Shown here piece after piece: positions 48,860-62,180 of a stretch of 64,000 bases of DNA (its first letter is position 1; every line of letters begins with the position of its first letter). The DNA is from Mobula hypostoma (taxonomy: Eukaryota), in contig NC_086108.1 of assembly GCF_963921235.1 (NCBI RefSeq), positions 372,001 to 436,000 of the forward strand, written 5' to 3'. The notes beneath the pieces were generated by a model. It worked only from the letters and a program-made list of their open reading frames with translations, searched no databases and had not been told where the DNA came from. The position numbers were made by a program, and so were the translations under genes.

Positions 48860-51800
48860 CAGCACTAGAGGAGGCCATGGACAAACATGTCGGAATGGGA
48901 ATGGTAAGTAGAATTAAAAAGGATGGCCAATTGGAGATCCTGCTTTTTCTGGCGGGCAAAGCATAGATGCTCGGTGAAGCGGTCTCCCAACCTGCATTGG
49001 GTCTCACCAGTATAAAGGAGGCCACACTGGGAGCACCAGATACAGTAGATGACCCCCACACCCTCACAGGTGAAGTGTCACCTCACCTGGAAGGACTGTT
49101 TGGGGTCCTGAATGGCAGTGAGAGAAGAGTTGTAAGGGCAGGTGTAGCACTTATTCTGCTCGTAAGGATAAGCACCAGGAGAGAGATGGGTGGGGAGAAG
49201 TGAATGGACAAGGGAGTCGCAAACAATATGGAAAACAGGAAGTGGTGAGGAGCAAAAGATGTGCTTGATGATGGGATCCTGTTGGAGGTGGCAGAAGTTA
49301 TGGAAAATTATGTGTTGGACGTGGAGGCTAGTGGTGTGGTAGGTGAAAACAAGAGGAAGCCCATCCCTGGTGGGGTGGCGAGGATGGGGTGAGAGCAGAT
49401 ATGAGTAATGGAAGAGATGCGGATGAGGGCAGCATTGATGGTGAGTCTGCTGGGGTCATCTCTGTATCGGGTGCTCCCGGTGTGGTCTCCTGTGTATTGG
49501 TGAGCCCTGGCGTAGATTGGGAGACCGCTTCATCAACCACCTATGCTTCATCAGCCAGAAAAAGTAGGATCTCCCAATGGCCACCCATTTTAATTCTACT
49601 TCCAATTCCCACTCTAACATTTCCCATGGCTTCCTCTACTTCCGCGATGTGACCACACTCAGGTTAAAGGAACAACACCTCTATTCCGTCCAGGTAGCGT
49701 GCAACTTGATGGCATGAACACCGGTTTCTCAAACTTCCGGTAACATAGTCATAGTCATACTTTATTGATCCCAGGGGGAAATTGGTTTTCGTTACAGTTG
49801 CACCATAAATAATAAACAGTAATAGAACCATAAATAGTTAAATAGTAATATGTAAATTATGCCAGTAAATTATGAAATAAGTCCAGGACCAGCCTATTGG
49901 CTCAGGGTGTCTGACCCTCCAAGGGAGGAGTTGTAAAGTTTGATGGCCACAGGCAGGAATGACTTCCTATGACGCTCCGTGTTGCATCTCGGTGGAATGA
50001 GTCTCTGGCTGAATGTACTCCTGTGCCCAACCAGTACATTATGTAGTGGATGGGAGACATTGTCCAAGATGGCATGCAACTTAGACAGCGTCCTCTTTTC
50101 AGACACCACCGTGAGAGAGTCCAGTTCCATCCCCACAACATCACTGGCCTTACGAATGAGTTTGTTGATTCTGTTGGTGTCTGCTACCCTCAGCCTGCTG
50201 CCCCAGCACACAACAGCAAACTTGATAACAGTGGCCACCACAGACTCGTAGAACATCCTCAGCATCGTCCGGCAGATGTTAAAGGACATCAGTCTCCTCA
50301 GGAAATAGAGACGGCTCTGACCCTTCTTGTAGACAGCCTCAGTGTTCTTAGACCAGTCCAGTTTATTGTCAATTCGTATCCCCAGGTATTTGTAATCCTC
50401 CACCATGTCCACACTGACCCCCTGGATGGAAACAGGGGTCACCGGTACCTTAGCTCTCCTCAGGTCTACCACCAGCTCCCTAGTCTTTTTCACATTAAGC
50501 TGCAGATAACTCTGCTCACACCATGTGACAAAGTTTCCTACCGTAGCCGTGTACTCAACCTCATCTTCCTTGCTGATGCATCCAACTATGGCAGAGTCAT
50601 CCGAAAACTTCTGAAGATGACAAGACTCTGTGCAGTAGTTGAAGTCCGAGGTGTAAATGGTGAGAGAAGGGGAGACAAGACAGTCCCCTGTGGAGCCCCA
50701 GTGCTGCTGATCACTCTGTCAGACACACAGTGTTGCAAGCACACGTACTGTGGTCTGCCAGTTGGATAATCAAGAATCCATGATACTAGGAAAGCATCCA
50801 CCTGCATCGCTGTCAGCTTCTCCCCCAGCAGAGCAGGGCGGATGGTGTTGAATGCACTGGGGAAGTCAAAAAACATGACCCTCACAGTGCTCGCTGGCTT
50901 GTCCAGGTGGGCGTAGACACGGTTCAGCAGGTAAACGATGGCATCCTCAACTCCTAGTCGGGGCTGGTAGGTGAACTGGAGGGGATCTAAGTGTGGCCTG
51001 ACCATAGGCCAGAGCAGCTCCAGAACAAGTCTCTCCAGGGTCTTCATGATGTGGGAGGTCAATGCCACCGGTCTGTAGTCATTGAGGCCGCTGGGGCGCG
51101 GCGTCTTCGGCACAGGGACGAGGCAGGACGTCTTCCACAGGAACCTTCTGGAGCCTCAGGCTCAGGTTGAATACATGGCGAAGTACTCCACATAGCTGAG
51201 GGGCACAGGCTTTGAGAACCCTGGTACTGACATCATCCGGTCCTGCAGCCTTGTTTGGGTTGAGACGTTTCAGCTGTCTTCTCACCTGTTCAGCTGTGAA
51301 GCCCACCGTGGTGGTTTCGTGTGGGGAAGAGGTATAGTCATGAGAGCAGGGTGGGGGACTGTGAGGAGGGGTAGGAAGGGAGAGTGGAATATGTGTTGGT
51401 TGGAGGCCGACAACAGATGGCTCATGTGGGGGATGGGCAGGGGTCACAATGTCAAATCTGTTAAAGAACAGGTTAAGTTCATTGGCCGTGTCCACACTGC
51501 CTTCAGTTCCTCTGTTGCTAGTTTGCCGGAACCCAGTGATGGTCCTCATCCCACTCCAGACCTCTCTCATGTTGTTCTGCTGGAGTTTCCACTCAAGCTT
51601 CCTCCTGTACCTGTCTTCAGCCTCCCTGATCCTGGCTTTCAGGTCCCTCTGTATTGCCCTCAGCTCTTCCCTATTTCCATCTCTAAACACCCACTTTTTA
51701 GCGTTCAGGATGTCCTTAATGTCCTTTGTCACCCATGGCTTGTTATTTGAATAACAAAGGACAGTTCTTGTCGGAACATTGCAGTCCACACAGAAGTTGA

Positions 51801-54800
51801 TGCAATCAGTGATGCACTCTGTGAGCCCAACAATATCCTCTCCATGTGGCTCACAGAGTGCCTGCCAGTCTGTCACCTCAAAACAACCCTGGAGCGCCTC
51901 ATAAGCCTCCTCCGACCATTTCCTCACTGTCCTCGAGGTTGCAGGTTTACTCTTCACCAGAGGCACGTAGCAGGGTTTTAGATGCACCAGGTTGTGATCT
52001 GACCTTCCCAGTGGGGGGAGGGGAGAGGAGCTGTATGCATCCTTAATGTTAGCGTACATCAAATCCAGAGTCCTCTCCCCTCTGGTTGTACAGCTCACAT
52101 ACTGCATGAAGTTGGGCAGTGTTCTAGCCAAGGTAACCTGGTTGAAGTCACCCGAGATGGTAATGAGGACATTCGGGTGCTGGGTTTGTAATCTGGCTAT
52201 GACGGTGTAAATGATGTTACACTCTGACGTCGGGTTGGCAGAGGGAGGGATGTACACAACAACCACAATTGCATGCGAGATTTCCCTTGACAAATAATAT
52301 GGCCGGAGTCCAACAGCAAAAAGTTCAATATCCGGGCTACAGACACGTTCCTTGATCGTAATATGCCCAGGATTACACCATCTGTTATTTACCAGAACCG
52401 CCAGCCCCCCTTCTTTGCGTTTACTTAACCCCCTTCCCTTCACCATTTCCTGTTCCCATTTCCTTCTCTCACCTGATCTTCTTACCTTTCCATCACTGCT
52501 GTCTGGTGCTTCTCCCCCTTTTCTTTCTCCCATGGCTTTCTGTCCTCAGATTCATCATTCTCCAACCCTGTACCTTCTTACTCTGAATTCTCATCTTTTT
52601 CTCCAGAGCTGATGAAGGGTCTCGAACCAAAACGTCAACTGTTTACTCTTTTCCATAGATGTTACCTGGCCTGCCGAGTTCCTCCAGCATTTTGTGTGTG
52701 TTGTTTAGATTTCCAGCACCTGCAGATTTTCTCTTATTTGTGCTAAGAATGCTTTAAATACCTCTGAAAAGGTCCCTGCAATTCCTGCACCAGCTTTCCA
52801 CAAGGTGTGAGAGGCACTTTGTCAGACTCTGGGATTTACATACCCTAATTTGCCTCAAGACAGCAAGCACCTCCTCCTTTGTAATCTGTATATGGTTCAT
52901 AACTTCACTGTATTGCTTGAGTTCAATAGACTTTGGGATCATCCCTCAAATAAATATATATGCAAAAAAAAAACATTTAAGATCTCCCCCATCCCTTGGC
53001 TCCATGCATAGATAGGCACGCTGATCTTCAAGAGGACCAATCTTCTTCCTTGCTCCCCATTTGCTCTTAGTATATTTTTAAAAACCTTTGGGATTCTCCT
53101 ACACCTCGTCTACGAGAACAACCTCATACCATTTTTTATGTCTCTTGATTTCCTTTTACGTATTCTCTTATCTTTTTCATATTCAAGTACATCATTTGCT
53201 CCTTGCTGCTTATACCTGCTATGCACATCCCTCTCCTTCTTAAATACAGCCACATTATCCCTCAAAGAAGCAAGGTTCCCTGAACTTGCTAACTTTGCTC
53301 TCAAAATTCTGTACTCTCAAAATTTTACTTTAAGGCCTTCCACATGGCTTTGCCAGAAAGCAACCTGCTCAATCCACACTTGCTAGATCCTTTCTGATAC
53401 CAGCAAAATCAGCTTTTCTCTAATTTACAATCTCAATTCAAGGACTAGAACTATCCCTGTCCATAATTATCTTGAAACTAATTGGAAATTTGACCACGAG
53501 ATTCAGAGATGTGGGTCAGACAAACTATAAACAGCACTGGGGTCCCATAGGGGATTGTATTGGCTCCCTCCCTGTTGACTTTGTACACTTCAGACTTTAG
53601 GTACCACACTGAGTCATAACATCTGCAGATATCCTCTGATGACTCAGCAATGGTTGGGTGTATAAAGGGAGGACGGGAGGATGAATACAGGGGCCTGGTG
53701 GAGGACTTTGTCAAATGGTCCAAGCTCAACATTAATAAGACAAAGGGGATGGTGATAGACTTTAGGAAGACTAAGCCTGCATCGCTCCCTTTTACTATTG
53801 ATGGTGAGGACATGGAAGTAGTGAGGCCTAACAAATACCTGGGAGTGCATCTGGGTGACAGACTTGAGTGGAGCTGTGTACAAGAAGGGCCACCTCTACT
53901 TTCTGAGGAGACTGAGATCCTTTGGACTATGCAAGTCTCTCCTTCACACGTTCTACCAATCTGTTGTCACTAGTACAATCCTCTATGTGTGCGAGTCAAT
54001 GGCATCAACACAGGTGATACCAACAGACTGAATAAACTGATTAGAAAGGCTGGGTCTGTTATAGGAGTCAAACTGGACACACTGGAGACTGTAGTAGAAC
54101 AAAGGTCCCCACAGAAAATCCTGACAATTCTGGACAGTTTTCTCACCCTCTGCCTTCCCCCTTGGCTGAACAGAGAAGCACTTTTAGTAACAGACTAAGA
54201 CAACTGCACTGCTTTAAAGAGCACTACAAGTGGTCACTCTTACCCTCGGCCGTTATGCTCTATAATGAGTTAACCTATAGCCAGGGAAGTGATGACCCCC
54301 TCCTGTTAGACTGTCTGAGGTCACTTATTTTTTATTCTTTTTACTTCTCTTCTAATATTAATATCTGTGCACATGTAATGCTACTGTGGCACTGTAATTT
54401 CCTTTGGGATCAGTAATGTATCTATCCATTTATCTATCTATCTAAATCCAAAGCGTTCCCTTCACACACTTCAATACCAGTGGCCATAGACTTGAAATCA
54501 CAAAAACTAACCACTATCACTTTCCTGTCTCCAGTCTTTAATACTAATATTATCACAGTTGATGAGGTAAAATCCTATTACTATGGGTAGGAGTAAAATC
54601 CTTTACCCCTATAACTCTACTATTCTGATGCCTCTCGGTGGTCTCATGGACTGTCTGAAAGAGGTTCAAAGTGAGCTTCAGGAACAGCATCATCTTGTGT
54701 GAGGGAACATTTGAAACAGAGTGGCCAGCCAGTGCTTTTGTCCCGGGTGGAGTTGGCTAGTATGAGAGGGCATTATTTTAAGGTGATTGAAGGGAAAAAG

Positions 54801-55478
54801 TCATAGTCAGGTTATTGCAGAGAGTTCGTGTGTGGAATGCACTGCCAGGGTGCTGATAGAAGTAGATACATGAGGATAATTTAAAATAGATAGGCAATGG
54901 ATGAAAGAAAACTGAAGGACTATGTGGGAGAGAAGGGTTAGATTATTCTCTGAGTAGGTTGGCTTAACATTATGGTCAAACTGCCTTGACTGTTCCTTGC
55001 ATCAGTTCAGGGTGGTTCTGGTATAATTTAAAGAAACATCTATGGAAACAAAGAGATGATCAGCAGTCAGGTCAAGACACTGCATCAGGCTCCTGCTTCA
55101 GAGTCCAAAATCCGAAACTCTAACCACCCCTCTGCCTTCACAGATGCTGTCTGACTTACTGAGATCAAATGCTGGTAAATGGGATGGTTGGAATAGACAC
55201 TATAGGCTGAAAGGCCTGTCTGTTTATGATATGAAAGGAGGTAAGTCGATACCACATAAAGACCACAGCAATTCCATTCTTCCACTAATTTTCATTGTCC
55301 CTGGATTTGGGACAATTTCCAGCAGTTAGTTAACTTACTGACCCACGTGCCTTTGGGATTTAAGAGGAAAGTGGAGCATCCAGGGCAAGTCTACATGATC
55401 ACAGAAATAATGTGTAAAATTCACACAGATCGGACTCTAGTCAGGACTGAATCTAGATTGCTCATCACCATATATAGT

Positions 55479-55553
<75 letters not shown>

Positions 55554-55833
55554 TCTCCTTACTAAATCAGCAATGATGATGGAAAAAGAGGAAAAAGACA
55601 TCAAAATGCATTCAAGCAGTGCTGTAGATTAGAGTTAACATTTCCTGTTAAAGACCCTTTGTTAGTACTGGTGAAGTTAATTTCAAGGTGCAAAGAGGAA
55701 AGGGAGGAATTGATAGGATAGTTAGGAGGCCAGGAGGATTGTATAGGTGATGTTGTTTACAAAGTTTTCTGGTTGACAGACTAATATAGGCAGTTGGAGA
55801 GAGAGTGAGAGACTGGGTGGTTGGGGGAGAGTG
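48860..55833 (-). repeat. Right arm of the inverted segmental duplication
   Basis: Reverse complement of 31327-43407 without the two CR1 copies; both empty sites visible (about 54255 and 54462). Confidence 0.97.
49744..52424 (-). mobile_element. Duplicated copy of the Rex1/Babar LINE
   Basis: Mirror of 39843-42522 with the same junctions and the shared LQKVPVEDVL frameshift. Confidence 0.9.
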
Positions 55834-56305
55834 AAACCACAGAAATAATTGAAGTTTGAAAACTAGTAGCAGGTCGGAAGAGCTACAGAGAAATTAAATC
55901 ATTGTGGTCTGGAAATGCCCAGCAAATCAGAGTGGCTGTGAAATGAGAAGAACTGAGTCAATGTTAGAGAAGGATAAACTCAGAGCAAAGCTTGCTAGTT
56001 CTGAAACAGAGAGTTAAACAAAACTGAACTGATTGAATTTGACATTGAGACAGAAGGCCACCGTGTGTCCAGCTGAGGATGAAGTGCTGTTCCTCAAGCT
56101 GCCATTGGCCCTCATTGGAACTGTACTGGAGATCATAGTCTTATGCCCCCTTCAAATGACAGTAACGGTTTGATTTCTTCCAGGGAAATTTTTAAGTGTG
56201 GTCTTATATTATCACATAGACATGATTTTAGGAATACATATTTAAAACTTGAATATAAAACTCAGTAGATCTGTCCTTGTGTTTGTGAAACATATCTCTT
56301 TATAG

Positions 56306-57134
56306 GTGATCACATTGACGCTAATTCAGAACTACCTCTGCTTCCAAATCGTAAAACTTGTCCCCTCATTGCAGAAAACAACACAGAGAAGTAGTGACAG
56401 GACACGTAAAGATAGAACGCAACAGTGTTTTAGCTGTAGTGCATCCTTTATTTATCTACGCCGACAAATTTGCTGTTTAATGAATCACTTTTCTCTTCAA
56501 GGCAATATGGAATATCCAAAACAACAATGGAATCAACAGGGAGATGATTATCCTGAAATTTATCTTCAAGGCTTTTATGAAACATATTCTTTAAACACTT
56601 TTCTCGATAATCATGCAGATTATTTTCACCATCAGAATTATTCCGACCACTCTACAATGTCATTGAGCAGGAGGTCACAGAATTTTGAACTAAGTCATGA
56701 GGGATCTGCACCTCATGTAATTTTACACCAACAGCTTGAACATTATCAACAAAGCCACCAATTACAAAGAACAAGATTTCCTGTTGAAAGTATCACATCC
56801 TGTGGCCACATCACACCAAGGCTTGCCTGATTACGGAGCTGCAGCAGAACCTGCAAAGCAAAGTGAAACTCCCAGAACATGTATCCTCACTCTTGCCATG
56901 ATGATAGCTGGCATCCCCACTGCCCCTGTGCCCACTGTGAAAACCGAAGATATGGTGTTGGCAGTACAAAAATTCAGAGATGATAACCCAAACCTAAGCA
57001 GTGACATAGATGAGATGCTGAAAGTTAAAAGAGACAGAAAAGAAGCCTTTATGAATGATTCACCTTTGCAGATGAAAGTTAACACTACAGATGAGAGGAT
57101 CAACTGGAAGAGAATGAGAGAATCCTCAAGTTAA
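56306..57134 (+). pseudogene. SPATA25: SPATA25-like terminal coding exon with an apparent frameshift (56736-56830 overlap)
   Basis: [27 protein letters not shown] matches the SPATA25 motif [25 protein letters not shown] as I recall it. Acceptor tctctttatAG at 56305; overlapping 174-aa and 132-aa frames; AATAAA near 57323. Confidence 0.8.
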
Positions 57135-58072
57135 TGTCTTGCTAATAGAGAGTGCAGATCAGTCTGATACAAAGAAAGTCAAATCACATAACCTAATGCA
57201 CTCATGAACGCTTGACCTTTTAGAACAAGTTGGCCTCTGGAAAAAGAAGCTACAATTGTTGCAAATGATGCTACTTATAAATATGTTAATAGAGTTCCTG
57301 TACTTTAGAACAGATCATTTGAAATAAATCTGTATATGATTGACTAACGTTTTACAGTTCAGTTTTTTCTAAATTATTTTTAGTTTTGTAATAATTTTCA
57401 ATTTTCAATATATTGGCTATTATTCCTCATCGGCAATATGATCTGTAAGTTTTTATTATTAAGACAAATACAAACTTACTAATTAAATGGATAAAGTAGT
57501 CTCTAGTTTTAAGAATGCAAGTTAAGCATTAGAATGAGCACATGGATTCTTCAATCACTATAATTCCAACTGTTACAAATATAAACGCTCTGCACAAAAC
57601 ATTGCAACTCTTGTTAGTGCTGGGAAAGTCAGTTCCACATGCATCATAAACATAATGCATTCTGCAGATTCTGCTGGAAATCCAGAGTAACACACACAAA
57701 ATGCATCTGCACCAGACATCAGTCCAGGGTTTGAATCTAGCTGGCTCCTTGCACTTGTGCTGGGTTGAGCTTTGAGCTTGCACTCAACCTTATAAAACAG
57801 CCAAACACTACAGAATGGCAAGGTTGCCCCCCCCCATGCACCAAACAAAGCGGCGGCGGGGGGGGGGGGGGAGGAGAGAATAAAGCACACCAAAGCTTGA
57901 GGAACTCAGCAGGTCAGTTTGCAACTATGGAAAGTAATAAAGAGTCGATGTTTCAGGACTGCATGTTTTCCATATGATTCCTGTATCTTTTTGTCATTCA
58001 TAGTTCCCTAATCTTGCCACATTTTGCTTTCATGCTTAAAGTCAGTCGAGTTTATTGTCAAATACATAAAGT

Positions 58073-58940
58073 CATAGAACACTACAGCACGGAAACAGTC
58101 CCTTCTGCCATCTATCTATGCCAAAGTATTATGCTGCCTTGTCCTATTGAAGCCTTCCATCCATACACCTATCCCAATTTCTATTAACTGTTGAAATTCA
58201 GCCTGCATCCCTCACCTCTGCTGGCAGCACGTTCCATGCTCTCACCACCCTCTGAGTGAAGTTATCCCTTATGTTCCTCTTAAACATTTCACCCTTCACC
58301 CTTAACCCATGAACTATAGTTCCAGTCTCACCCAAGCTTAGTGGAAAAAACTTACTTCCATTTACTCTATCTATTCTCATCATAATTTGATATCCCCATA
58401 TCATATTGCCAAGGCATACACTTATAACTTACCCAACATTTCTCTATAATGCAGGTCCTCATGTCCCAGTAAATTTTCTCTTTCAATCTTCCTGATTTAT
58501 TTCTTGTAAGTAGGTGACCAGAACTGCATACAATACTCCAAATTAGGTTTGACTACAATGTGCCAGTAGACCCTGTCTACTTGTGATGCCACGTTGAAGG
58601 AATTATGGATCTGTATTCTCAAATTCCTTAATTCTACTGTACTCCTCTGTGCCCTACAATTGACTGTATAAGTCTTAACCTGGTTTGTCCTCCCAAAGTG
58701 CAGCATTAAATTTCATCTGCCTTTTAATTCAGTCCATTTTTCCAAATGGTACTGATCCCGCTGCAAGTTTTGTTAGCCTTCCTCAACGTCCACTATGACC
58801 CCAATCTTGCTGTCACCTACAGATTTGCAGATCTAGTTTACCACATTATCATCCAGATAATTGATACAGATGACAAACAATAATAACATCAATCCTGTTA
58901 ACACACCAAGACACAGGGCTCCAGTCACAGAGGGAACAAT
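58073..58940 (-). mobile_element. Old CR1 3' fragment
   Basis: VKPNLEYCMQFWSP; HGLRVKG..F..NIRDNFTQRVVRAWN. Confidence 0.8.
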
Positions 58941-58944
58941 CTAT

Positions 58945-61900
58945 AAGACCATAAGACATAGGAGCATAATTAGGTCATGGAATGGAGTCTCCTCTGCCAT
59001 TCCACCGTGGCTGATACATTATCTCCCTCAACCCATTCTCCCGCCTTCTCTCCATAACCTTCGATGCTCTGATGAATCAAGAAACAATCAACCTCCACTT
59101 TAAATATACCCAATGACTTGGACTGCATGGCAATCTGTGGCAACTTTTTCTTCATCTTTGTACTAGATGGATGTCCATTTAGAATATGGAGACTCCCAAA
59201 CTATAAGAACCATCCTCTCCACATCCGCCTTATCTCTCTCAATTTCAATAGATTTCAATGAAATTCTACCCCGTACTTCTAGACTCCAGCGAGTACAGGC
59301 CCAGAACCATCAAATGCTTTGAATAAATTAATCCTTTTATTCCTAAGATTAGCATGAATCTGGTCTGGACCCTCTCCAATGCCAGCATATCTTTTCTTCG
59401 ATAGGAGCTCGGAACTGCTCACAGTACTCCAAATGCAGTCTGACAATGCCTTATAGAACCTCACCATCACAACCTTGTTTTAGTATTTTAGTCTCTCAAA
59501 ATGAACTTTAATATTACACTTGACTTCTTTAACACCAATACAACCTGCACGTTAATCTTCAGAGAATCCTGCACAAGGACTCCCAAGACCCTTTGCACCT
59601 CTGAGTTTTGAATTTTCTCCCCATTTAGAATGTAGCCTATGCCTTTATTCCACTACCAAAGTGCCAGACCATGCACTTCCCTACACTATACTCCATCTCC
59701 CAGGAGGGGGGAGAAGATGGCGACGTGACGGCAGCGCACGCGGCCATTTCGGTGACGATATCTGTTATCTGTCAAGTAGGGGACTGTGCACAATCATGAT
59801 TTGATGGAGACAGACATGAGAGTACGGAGGAAAATCTGGAAAACTTCTGAAATACCCGCTTTGCTGCCACTGCTACTGTGTGGTAACCGGAATCTCCGGA
59901 GCTGAAGTCCCAAAATCCTCGGCTTTGTGTGTTTCAGCAGCCGGGGAGAGGTCGAAGGCACTCGGCAGAGGATGGCTCTCGGGAGGCTGTATCGGAGGGG
60001 CTGGTCGGAGGCTTGAAGTTTTCGGACGGACGGACTCAGTGTTGGCTGTGGTCGGCTGCTTCCAAGGTATCAGCAAGTTGACGGTGCCTGGAGGTTTATG
60101 GCAGGGAGTTTCTCTCTTTTTCCGCCTGCTATCGGGGACTCGGGAGTCAATCGACTCGGGACTTTGAGACTTTTTTTTTTACTGTGCCCATGGTCTGTTC
60201 TTCATCAAATTATGGTATTGCTTTGCACTGCTGTAACTATATGTTATAATTGTGTGGTTCTGTCAGTGTTAGTCTTTGGTTTGTCCTGTTTTCTGTGATA
60301 TCACTCTGGAGAAACATTGTATCATTTCTTAATGCATGTATGCATTTCTAAATGACAATAAAAGAGGACTGAGTATTCTCATAATCTAATCTGCCAATTG
60401 TTTGCTCATTCTAAGTCCTCCTATCAACATCCTGCTTCCTCAGCATTACTTGCCCCTCCACCTTTGTATCATCTGCAAATTTGGCCACAAAGCCATCAAT
60501 TCCTTCATTTAAATCCTTGACATATAATGTGAAAAAATTTGGTTCCAGTACCGACCCCTGTGGAACACTGGCAGCCAAGCAGAAAAGGCCCCCTTTACTC
60601 CCACTCTTAGCCTCCTACAAGTCAGCTCATCTTCTATCCACGCTAGTATCTTTCCTGTAATACCACAGGCTTTTGTCAAGCAGCATCATGTGCAGCAACT
60701 TGTCGAAGGCTTTGGAAAATTCAAGTAAACAACATCCACTGACTCTCCTTTGTCTATCCTGCCTGTTATTTTCTCAAAGAATTCCAACAGATTTATCAGG
60801 CAAGATTTCCCCTTAAGGAAGACATGCTAATTTTGGCCTATTTTGTCACGTACCTTCAAATACCCCAAAACATCACCCTGAATAATAGTCTCCAACATCT
60901 TTCCAACCACTGAAGTCAGGCTAACTGGCCTATAATTTCCTTTCTTCAGCCTCCCTCCCTTCATAAAGAATGGAGTGACATTTGCAATTTTAGTCTTCAG
61001 AATGATTTCAGAATCTAGTGATTCTTGAAAATTCATTATTAATGCCTCCACAATTTATTCCGCTACCTCTTTCCAAAATGTGTGGTGTACTCCATCTGTC
61101 CAGGGTGACTTATCCAGCTTTAGGGTTTACAACTTCCCAAGCACCTTCTCCTTGGTAATAGCAACTACACTCATTTCTGCCCCTGACATTTCTCACATTT
61201 CTGGCATTCTGCTAGCATCTTCCACTCGGAAGATGGACTTAAAATACTTATTAAGTTCATCCGCCATTTCTTGTTTCCCCATTTTTACCTCTCCAGCATC
61301 ATTTTCTAGTGGTTTGAATTCCACACTCATCTCTCTTTATATTTCTGAAAAAGAACTTTTGGTATTCTCTTTTATATTATTGGTTAACTTAACATCATAT
61401 ATAATAGTTTCTCTCGTTATGACAATTTTAGTTGGTTTCTGCTGGTTTTTAAAAGTTTTCCAATCCTCTGTTCCCACGAATTTTGCCATATTATATTTTT
61501 GCTGTATTTTGCTCTCTTTTGCTTTTATGCTGTCTTTCACTTCTCCCCTATTAGCCACAGTTGCCTCATCTTCCCTTTAGAATATTTCTTCATCTTTAAA
61601 TTCAGAAGACAATAAAATATAGAAGTAGAATTAGTATAAAAGAGTCTTCTCTGTCATTTCATCATGGCTCATCCATTTCCCTCTCAGCCCCAATCTCTTG
61701 CCATTCCTCATATCCCCTCATGCCCTGGCTAATCAAAAATCTATCAACCTCCACTTTAAATATACCCAATGACCTCCACAGTCATCTGTCACAACAGATT
61801 CCACAGATTCACCACACTCCGGCTAAAGATGTATCTTTCCAGCACCTTCCCAATTGTTCCCAGAAACTCCAGCCATTATTGTTCTGCTATCATCCCTACT

Positions 61901-62180
61901 AGTGTCGTCTTCCAATCAACTTTAGCCAGATCTTCTCTCATGCTTCTGTAATTCACTTCACTGCACAGCAATAATGATAGATCTGATTTTAGCTTTCCCT
62001 TCTCAAATTTCAGGGTGAATTCTATCATATTATGATCACTGTCTCCTAAGGATTCCTTTACCTTAAGCTCCCTAATCAAATCTGTATCATGACATAGCAC
62101 ACAATCCAGATTTGCCATTCACCAAGCTGTTCCAAAAAGCCATCTTGTAGGCATTCTACAAATTCCCTCTCTTGGGTTGT
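58945..62180 (-). mobile_element. Old CR1, fragmented by nested insertions
   Basis: [41 protein letters not shown] and 3'UTR at about 58945-59100. Confidence 0.8.
59703..60390 (+). mobile_element. Non-autonomous LINE-derived element (GC-rich 5' head, AATAAA and (TAATC)n tail) inserted in CR1
   Basis: Starts GGAGAAGATGGCGACG, CpG-rich; ends AATAAAAGAGG..ATAATCTAATCT; flanks ATCTCCCA / ATCTGCCA resemble a TSD. Confidence 0.6.

Noticed and set aside
57826..57875. C-run and G-run pair that could form a hairpin or G-quadruplex
   Set aside because: Simple homopolymers with no other support; run lengths are unreliable.
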